In this document: positions 58,043 to 64,000 of the stretch, one piece after another
How positions within the stretch are numbered: position 1 is the stretch's first letter
Layout of the letters: the number at the start of each line of letters is the position of its first letter
The notes under the pieces: generated by a model
What the model saw: only the letters and a program-made list of their open reading frames with translations
What the model was told of the DNA's origin: nothing
The model's database searches: none
Position numbers and translations under genes: made by a program
Source of the DNA: Bacteroidales bacterium
Lineage (GTDB): Bacteria; Bacteroidota; Bacteroidia; Bacteroidales; WCHB1-69
NCBI GenBank assembly: GCA_017964255.1
Contig: JAGCSI010000019.1
Location: 8,286 to 72,285 of the forward strand
DNA length: 64,000 nucleotides
Reading direction: 5' to 3'

Positions 58043-58414
58043 TTATTGTATGTTAATGGTTTCTATCAAATTCTCCAGATTCTGCAACTTTTTCTCCAAG
58101 TATGCACCATTCCGCTTTTGATGCAGCGGGTCCAGTTTGTCGAGAGTGTTGTAGAATTCGCGGCTGTGGTTGTGATGAATCAGGTGGCATAGTTCGTGGA
58201 AAATCACATGGCGGATGCTATCAGTGGATATGTCGCCCAACAATACATTGAATGTGATTTGTCCTGAAGAAGAGGTTCTTCCGCCGATATGCGGCGCAAG
58301 CTTCTTCACTTCCACGCTGGGATAAGGAACGGTTGGATGTCGAGCCGAAAAAATCGGCCAGCAGTAGCTGAATTCGTTCAGGATTCTTCCTTTAGGGTTA
58401 TCGTTTTGCGGCAT
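58043..58414 (-). CDS. DUF45/YgjP-like (M48-related) zinc metallopeptidase, short form
   Basis: 123 aa from MPQNDNPKG (ATG 58414) with HELCHLIHHNHSREFYNTL. Its stop is 1 nt from the MoxR start. Confidence 0.7.
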   Translation of the reverse strand: MPQNDNPKGRILNEFSYCWPIFSARHPTVPYPSVEVKKLAPHIGGRTSSSGQITFNVLLGDISTDSIRHVIFHELCHLIHHNHSREFYNTLDKLDPLHQKRNGAYLEKKLQNLENLIETINIQ

Positions 58415-58440
58415 ACTCCATTTGGTTTTGAATGATGCTG

Positions 58441-58462
58441 CAAAAATAACGCACAGGTGTGC
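58441..58462 (-). promoter_or_regulatory. Promoter-operator module copy 1 (TATTTTTG -7 box plus GCACA-N2-TGTGC palindrome)
   Basis: The minus strand reads ttgcacacctgtgcgttatttttgcag, 27 nt upstream of ATG 58414. Near-identical to 59538-59562. Confidence 0.5.
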
Positions 58463-58511
58463 AAGAATGTGGCATTGTACTGCCGTAATGTCTTTCGCAA
58501 CCGTTACGCCA

Positions 58512-59510
58512 TCATTCATAGAACATCACCGAAAACCGAAGCTCTTTACCAAGTCGATTGTCGGTGTTCACCATATAGCCGACCTGTCCTTTGGCCATCT
58601 TCGACACCCGACCTATCAGTCGGTGATCATCTTGGGTGAAAGGGTAATCGGGAGAAACGGTTATGACCATCATCAGGTTTTCAAAATGCTTTCCCACAAA
58701 AGCATTGTATTTGTCTATCAAATCCAGCATCCAATGGGTGCGCTGTGAGGTATCGCCTGCGTAGGATTGATAAGAATATTTGCTGCCGTGTTGCGACAGG
58801 AAGAGTTGTTCTATTGCTTCCGGAGTCATGCCGTAATTCTCTGAGGCTGGGGTCAGACAATGCTCCGCAAATTCACCTACAATACCGATACGCCGATCAT
58901 ATTCTTGTTGAATAGCCTCACGACTGTACCATCTTTTCTTACGCAAATGACCATGGTGTTCCGTTGGCTCCGACTGTATTCGTTCCATAGATTCTTTCAC
59001 GTCTTTTCGGAAAGAGGGAATGGTCAACAACGCTTTTTTTGAGGGAATATGGATGCCCTGTTGAATCAATTTGGACATCACCCGTTTTGTGCGTATCCTT
59101 TGGAGATCCTTGTCGTTCAGATTTCGTGCGTATCCATAGAGCTGCTCGGCGGTTTTGCTCCGCTGCTCTTTTGTGTAGCCGTATAAGGAGCTGTGCCACA
59201 AACAGCAGGTGGCGATTTCCTCAGGAGTTGCCTTGATTTCGGGTTCCACGACAATCTCTCTGGACAAACTTGCTTCCCATAAATCACCCTCCAAAGGAAA
59301 AGCCTGGAGTGCAGCAAAACCTCCCGATTTGTTTTTTGACACCACGATGTTTGGGTGGTCGGAGTCCTCTTTTCGGGGGGCAAGAAGTCGAAGCATGTCA
59401 TAATGCGTTTTGCACCACGGGAGGTCATCAGTGGGAAAGCTGAAATAAAAAGGGATATAGGGTAGGAGCTCGTCAAAAGTGACTTGGTGTAATAATTCGC
59501 TGTAAGTCAT
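58512..59510 (-). CDS. Hypothetical protein (332 aa), first gene of the operon
   Basis: Long ORF with its own promoter module. No motif recognised. Confidence 0.6.
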   Translation of the reverse strand: MTYSELLHQVTFDELLPYIPFYFSFPTDDLPWCKTHYDMLRLLAPRKEDSDHPNIVVSKNKSGGFAALQAFPLEGDLWEASLSREIVVEPEIKATPEEIATCCLWHSSLYGYTKEQRSKTAEQLYGYARNLNDKDLQRIRTKRVMSKLIQQGIHIPSKKALLTIPSFRKDVKESMERIQSEPTEHHGHLRKKRWYSREAIQQEYDRRIGIVGEFAEHCLTPASENYGMTPEAIEQLFLSQHGSKYSYQSYAGDTSQRTHWMLDLIDKYNAFVGKHFENLMMVITVSPDYPFTQDDHRLIGRVSKMAKGQVGYMVNTDNRLGKELRFSVMFYE

Positions 59511-59537
59511 AAGGCCGTTTTGTTTGGATTACAGCGG

Positions 59538-59562
59538 CAAAAATAGCGCACAGGTGTGCAAA
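59538..59562 (-). promoter_or_regulatory. Promoter-operator module copy 2
   Basis: The minus strand reads tttgcacacctgtgcgctatttttgcc, 28 nt upstream of ATG 59510. Confidence 0.5.
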
Positions 59563-59604
59563 AATGTGGCATTGTAGGGTGCAGCATTGTAAGGCTGTCG
59601 CAAT

Positions 59605-59633
59605 GTAGGGCTGTCTCAATGCGGCAGCCCTAC
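59605..59633 (-). terminator. Stem-loop downstream of the PLD nuclease gene
   Basis: gtagggctg ... cagccctac is a 9-bp stem, 10 nt after the stop. Confidence 0.5.
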
Positions 59634-59642
59634 AGTTGTGGA

Positions 59643-60158
59643 TTAAACAATCGGATCTGGGCACACGTCTCTCCGTTGGCACTTCTCGCACTCGCTGCCG
59701 CGCCACACTTTGTCGAACTCCTCGATGGCGGCAGCCACGATGGCGGGTTCATCGGAAAGGATTCCCGCCTCGAAGTTGCGGCGGTGGGGCGATTTCATCC
59801 CCATTCCCGCACCCGTGAGGTTAGCGCTGCCCACATAGCAGACCGTTTGGTCGATGACGATGATCTTGAAGTGTACCCGCGGACACATCACCCGTTCCAG
59901 CATCTTGGCCAATCGCGGGTAGCGGTCGAAGTCGGCACGGAAGATCGGCCCCGGCTCCTTCGCGTGGATCAGCCGCACCTCCACGCCCTTCCCCAGCAGT
60001 TCCGCCAGCACCCCGAGAAACGGCTTCTCGATTTTCCCTTGCAACACATACAGGTCTTTGATGTCGGCGGTACCAATCCACAACGAGTGCTTGGCCTTCA
60101 TCGCGAGGTCAAGGACGGTGGTGTAGTGGGAGGAGTCGGTGATGAGGGTGGTGGGCAT
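59643..60158 (-). CDS. Single-HKD phospholipase D superfamily nuclease (Nuc/BfiI-like)
   Basis: 171 aa with VHFKIIVIDQTVCYVGSANLTGAG (HxK..D..GSxN). Confidence 0.8.
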   Translation of the reverse strand: MPTTLITDSSHYTTVLDLAMKAKHSLWIGTADIKDLYVLQGKIEKPFLGVLAELLGKGVEVRLIHAKEPGPIFRADFDRYPRLAKMLERVMCPRVHFKIIVIDQTVCYVGSANLTGAGMGMKSPHRRNFEAGILSDEPAIVAAAIEEFDKVWRGSECEKCQRRDVCPDPIV

Positions 60159-60242
60159 TATAAATCGGTTATTATCAGTTGATTAATGCGTTTTGTTTCG
60201 CAGGAATGGTATATTGACAATTGTGCGAAACAGAAATATGAA

Positions 60243-61490
60243 TTACTGAATCCTGTCGCACCAATAGCAAGGCATCATGCGAATGGGTGGTTCATCGGAA
60301 AAATAGTTGAGATTAGCCACATAGCAATGGATGTCGGCATTGTCAAAGGCAGCGGCGAGGTTGGCTACAGCTGGTATTTTCAGTTTTTTTGTATTGCTTT
60401 GGAACTTACATTCGACCAATACTTTACGAGAAGGGCCATCCATCACAAAATCCACTTCGGTACCGTTCAGCGTGCGATAGAACTGTAGTGTTTCGCCTGC
60501 ATTCCGCTTGCGCCAAAGTTCAAGCATCACTTCGTTCTCAAAAATCGCTCCTTTGTCGGCCCGGAAATCCACCTCGTTGAAACTGTTATATACCATATTG
60601 CGTAGTCCGAGGTCATAGAAATAGACTTTCTTCATCTGTGAGATGGTCTTCCTTTTATTTACAGACATCGGTTCAATCATCCGGATAATATACATTTGCT
60701 GCAAAAGGTGGATATAGTTTTCGCATACGGCATATTTCAATCCACACTCTCTGCTCAGTTCGTTGATATTTACCAAATTGCCGATTTGCGCTGCCAAAAG
60801 TCTGATTAAGCGTGTAAAGCCAACAAAATGCTCGTTCCGAATGTATTTGCGCACATCATTGAGGAGATAGGTTTGGTATATATCGTTGATGAGTGCTATT
60901 TTGTCGGTGTTTTTGTCGGCCAAGGCCACACGCGGCAGTCCTCCAAAAATCAAATATTCGCGATAGGTATTCAGCAGTGGGGTCATCAAAGTCTCGTCCG
61001 CGACAGTGGCGTTTTGTTGCAAATGCCAAAGCTTTGGGTCCTTAAAGAGCAGATATTCGGCGAACGAGAGAGAAAGCACCTCGATGACGCGCACTCGTCC
61101 CGCCATTGTTTCCTCCACGCGCTGAAGTATGTCAAGACTGGAACTTCCCGTGCATAAAATCCGCAGGTTTTCATGCTTGTCGCACAGCAGTTTGAGCAGG
61201 GTGGAGATGTTTTCCACATACTGGAATTCATCGATGAGAAGCAAGCCGTCAAAGTTGGGGTTGAGCCAGATGCGCAGATATTCCTCCACGGTGCTCAGTT
61301 TGTCGAAAAGGGCAGCCACTTCTGGATCCTGCCCGAACAAATGCAGTGTAGGTACTTGGGCTTTTTCCGCGAAACTGTTCATAATGGTGGTTTTGCCCAC
61401 TTGTCGCGCGCCGATGAGCACCACGATAGGCACATAGCGAAAAGCATCGTGAATGCTTTGCTGATATTGGTTCCTTTCAATGATTGCCAT
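60243..61490 (-). CDS. AAA ATPase, AAA_14 plus DUF4143 type
   Basis: 415 aa from MAIIERNQYQ (ATG 61490) with Walker A GARQVGKTT and Walker B LLLIDEFQY. The C-terminal half resembles DUF4143. Confidence 0.75.
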   Translation of the reverse strand: MAIIERNQYQQSIHDAFRYVPIVVLIGARQVGKTTIMNSFAEKAQVPTLHLFGQDPEVAALFDKLSTVEEYLRIWLNPNFDGLLLIDEFQYVENISTLLKLLCDKHENLRILCTGSSSLDILQRVEETMAGRVRVIEVLSLSFAEYLLFKDPKLWHLQQNATVADETLMTPLLNTYREYLIFGGLPRVALADKNTDKIALINDIYQTYLLNDVRKYIRNEHFVGFTRLIRLLAAQIGNLVNINELSRECGLKYAVCENYIHLLQQMYIIRMIEPMSVNKRKTISQMKKVYFYDLGLRNMVYNSFNEVDFRADKGAIFENEVMLELWRKRNAGETLQFYRTLNGTEVDFVMDGPSRKVLVECKFQSNTKKLKIPAVANLAAAFDNADIHCYVANLNYFSDEPPIRMMPCYWCDRIQ

Positions 61491-61504
61491 ATTGAAATTT
61501 TTGG

Positions 61505-61530
61505 CAAATATACGGAATTTTTCAAATATA
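61505..61530 (-). promoter_or_regulatory. Two candidate -7 boxes (TATATTTG twice) for the DUF4143 ATPase gene
   Basis: caaatata at 61505-61512 and 61523-61530 on the plus strand. Confidence 0.4.
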
Positions 61531-61551
61531 CATAAATTTTCGTATGAATTT

Positions 61552-61659
61552 TTATGTGATAGTGTCGACGGCGCCAATCCACAGCGACCGCTTGGCCTTC
61601 ATCGCGAGGTCAAGCACGGTGGTGTAGTGGGAGGAGTCGGTGATGAGGGTGGTGGGCAT
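61552..61659 (-). pseudogene. Displaced 5' fragment of the PLD nuclease gene (35 codons then stop)
   Basis: Encodes MPTTLITDSSHYTTVLDLAMKAKRSLWIGAVDTIT-stop. Positions 61564-61659 match 60063-60158 with 7 mismatches in 96 by my count. Confidence 0.7.
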
Positions 61660-61689
61660 GGGAACTATTTCAACTGTCAATCAAAATAC

Positions 61690-62076
61690 TTATTTAGCAA
61701 GTAATTCAACAATATCGTTATAAATAGAATTAGGTGACTCATGGGAAATTAATCTCCTATCTGTTTCTTTTAAGATATTTATCTCATCTTTACAATCTTT
61801 GACAACAATTGCAACAATACGATTTAGTTTCTCAGAATCAGGACTGTAGCCCCTTGATATCATTTGCATGACACATTGGTGATATAAATTAACCAAAGAT
61901 TTCCCGTATGCGAATCCACTTAAAACAATAAAGACAGGAACATCGTATTCGCGATATTCTCGTCCATTGTGGACATACATATTATCATTATCCTCTGAAA
62001 AAAGGAATTGCATTTTAGTCATTGCTGATTTAGCGATGGCAATGTAAATATCTTCTTTTTCGATGTATATTCCCAT
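61690..62076 (-). CDS. Hypothetical protein (128 aa) between the GmrSD-like and PLD genes
   Basis: ORF starts 12 nt after the GmrSD-like stop. No motif recognised. AT-rich. Confidence 0.55.
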   Translation of the reverse strand: MGIYIEKEDIYIAIAKSAMTKMQFLFSEDNDNMYVHNGREYREYDVPVFIVLSGFAYGKSLVNLYHQCVMQMISRGYSPDSEKLNRIVAIVVKDCKDEINILKETDRRLISHESPNSIYNDIVELLAK

Positions 62077-62088
62077 AAATATCGAATA

Positions 62089-64000
62089 TTATTCCAAATT
62101 GGTTTCAGGATTCAGTCCAAACATTTTCAAGAAACTTTTATAAATATTTACTGATCGAGTGATGATGGCTTTAGCATGAAATTTGACATATTCTTCATCA
62201 TCATTCTTTATATTCTTGTGCTTGGCATCCAATCGTTTCCAATACTCTAGATCGTTTTCGCAGATAAAAAAATCCTCATTGGTTTTATCAAAACGCTCTG
62301 CTGGCGATAAATTGTTGTTTTCGCTTCTATTGTCAGTTAATGACATAGCACGGAAATTTCCGATGCGGTTTTCCCATGTTCTGGTGCGTGGGTCAATATA
62401 CCATTGGCCATACACCCAACTATTGGGATAGATATGGTCCCAATCCCATGGTGTGTTTGTGTCTTCAAGGTCGTCCAATTGGTTAAAATCTTCAAATGTA
62501 CGATTGATATAGTCTCTTTGAGCCAATAATATTAAGGATTTGTCTCTAGAGCCTAATAATTTCCACAAAAAGTTTCTCCACGCTCCTAAGATTCTATCTT
62601 GATATTGCTCATCTGTAAGATTCTCTGATCGTGGAAGTGACAACTCCCAAATTTGCCAAATATCGCTACAATCAGGCATGTTGGGACTGATGTCGTGGTT
62701 TTCTTCAGAACTTTTGAGACGTTCTTCCAAGAATGTCAATAATTGTTCCGGTTTTATCAGCGGATATTGTCTAATCCAATCTTTATTGTCGAAATACTTG
62801 TCACTCCAAAAGTCTGGTTCTAAAACCTTATTCCAATTTTCTCGTACATAATAGTCAAAATCGTTTCCAAACCAATGGTTCCTGTATAGACGTGAGGCAA
62901 TCTCCCTTTTCCTCGTTTCGTCAATCTGCACTCCTTCGTTTTCAAATAGCCAGTGCAACAGTAACAAGAAGCCATTAGGTGACTCTCGAATATATTTCTT
63001 CACAACCACATCCGGAACATTCCCATATTTAAGAATATTAATGGCACACTTGATTTTTTCCTTTATAGGGCTGGAAAGATTATCCCCTATTTTATCTTTT
63101 AATTTTTTTATGAATTCTTCATCTTGAACATGTTTTCTGAACTGAGCCAATGATAATCCCGAAACAAAACTGTTGCTGGAAAGTATTAAACGAGATGTGA
63201 GAGTAATTATTCGAGAAGGTGGAATAATGTTCATTCCAATGCAATCCACAAGATTCTTTACCTCAGGACATGTTGCTTTAAACATAGAATACATCAACTC
63301 TTCGCCTTCAATCTTGGTCCCCTGAGAATTGAGACGAACAAACAATGTTGATTCGTCAGGAGATGAATCTGTTTTGTCTATAAGCAATTCTTCAGGAAGA
63401 ACGATAGTAGGTATCATTGTTGGCAGCACCCTGCCTTCTATTGTCTCAAGAAGCGAAGAAAAAAACTCGGAGCCAACTAAAGATTCTAGCATCGTGAAAT
63501 AGTCTTCACTTTCTGTCATACTTGAAGTACGGAACGCTTCAGGAATGTTATCCTTGCATTTTTCGATTAACCATTTGATGTCGTGATTATATCTCACAGT
63601 TTCCAGCAAGAAGCATAGTGGTATGGGGCAAGTGGCATCGTAAGGGATTCGCTGTTTGGGCAGAAGTTTCGTATAATTCGTATAAAATGACTGTCCGAAC
63701 AGCTTTGCATATTGAGTTGATGCAGCCCGTCTATATGGAACCGATAATATATTTTCGTTGTGCTGAAGTTGATATCCCCAAGGGTGCGATCGAGTTACGA
63801 CGCGGAAAACAAATTCTTGTGTGTCGGTTTTCTTCCTCGGATTAACATCAATCCAAACAGTTGGAAGATTGTTGGCATTCCCGATATGATCCTTGTCTTT
63901 TACCCACGGATTATAAAAACCCAAAGCGATGGATGTAGCACGCTGTTGTCCGTCAAGCAGCATCAAGTTTTCACCTTCACGCGATAACAACATTGCGCCA
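62089..64000 (-). CDS. GmrSD-like type IV restriction enzyme (DUF262 plus DUF1524), 5' end beyond the window
   Basis: LLDGQQRATSI (DUF262 DGQQR) lies near the window edge with the frame open to base 64000. The C-terminal WDWDHIYPNSW ... NRIGNFRAMSLTDNRSENN is a His-Me/DUF1524-like motif. Confidence 0.8.
   Translation of the reverse strand, partial: GAMLLSREGENLMLLDGQQRATSIALGFYNPWVKDKDHIGNANNLPTVWIDVNPRKKTDTQEFVFRVVTRSHPWGYQLQHNENILSVPYRRAASTQYAKLFGQSFYTNYTKLLPKQRIPYDATCPIPLCFLLETVRYNHDIKWLIEKCKDNIPEAFRTSSMTESEDYFTMLESLVGSEFFSSLLETIEGRVLPTMIPTIVLPEELLIDKTDSSPDESTLFVRLNSQGTKIEGEELMYSMFKATCPEVKNLVDCIGMNIIPPSRIITLTSRLILSSNSFVSGLSLAQFRKHVQDEEFIKKLKDKIGDNLSSPIKEKIKCAINILKYGNVPDVVVKKYIRESPNGFLLLLHWLFENEGVQIDETRKREIASRLYRNHWFGNDFDYYVRENWNKVLEPDFWSDKYFDNKDWIRQYPLIKPEQLLTFLEERLKSSEENHDISPNMPDCSDIWQIWELSLPRSENLTDEQYQDRILGAWRNFLWKLLGSRDKSLILLAQRDYINRTFEDFNQLDDLEDTNTPWDWDHIYPNSWVYGQWYIDPRTRTWENRIGNFRAMSLTDNRSENNNLSPAERFDKTNEDFFICENDLEYWKRLDAKHKNIKNDDEEYVKFHAKAIITRSVNIYKSFLKMFGLNPETNLE

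Noticed and set aside
58043-58519. The longer 158-aa version of the DUF45 peptidase ORF, and the 77-aa ORF 59473-59706.
   Set aside because: Their N-terminal parts (..QCHI(L/F)AHLC(V/A)IFAA..) are simply translations of the duplicated promoter-operator module. The real start is ATG 58414.
53630-64000. Whether the defence-like region is an integrative element, prophage or ICE.
   Set aside because: No integrase, transposase, relaxase, capsid or tail-like ORF is visible, and no flanking tRNA gene is present. The right border is outside the window, so this cannot be decided here.

Overview
A Bacteroidota chromosome segment, probably Prevotella/Segatella-like. This call rests on TAnnTTTG -7 promoter boxes, a T9SS type-B C-terminal sorting domain, DUF4270/DUF3127/DUF4252-type genes and the split atpDC arrangement. 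About 50 protein genes are supported. Positions 1-53.5 kb are mostly housekeeping: M13 peptidase, glycogen-synthase-like GT5, atpD-atpC, prmA, lpxC, a B12-riboswitch-controlled nrdD-nrdG, C69 dipeptidase, malic enzyme, a sodium:solute symporter, TlpA-like thiol-disulfide oxidoreductase, YfcC, NlpC/P60, GNAT, MltG and an ECF sigma cluster. Interspersed are a YafQ-type toxin-antitoxin pair, a 3029-aa T9SS adhesin and an RsbW/RsbU/RsbV-like partner-switching module next to a PrsW-like protease. Positions 53.6-64 kb look like a defence or conflict island. It holds a WYL regulator and a five-gene operon (unknown 332 aa, DUF45 Zn-peptidase, MoxR/AAA_5 ATPase, DUF2201 VWA protein, unknown 370 aa). 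It also holds a single-HKD PLD nuclease, a DUF4143 AAA ATPase cassette, a small unknown gene and a GmrSD-like DUF262/DUF1524 enzyme that is cut by the window end. The five-gene operon with the WYL gene is my best candidate for an undescribed system. Other notable structure: (i) both AAA ATPase genes lie between long direct repeats that duplicate the end of a neighbouring gene, and no recombinase is visible anywhere in the window. (ii) Many intergenic regions are filled with ordered mosaics of 7-9 bp tandem word arrays that abut or supply stop codons, and one sits in frame inside a CDS. (iii) A multi-hairpin repeat family of about 285 bp is present, including an inverted pair 47 kb apart. No rRNA, tRNA, CRISPR array, transposase or integrase was found. 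All domain calls come from motif recognition by eye; no database search was run.
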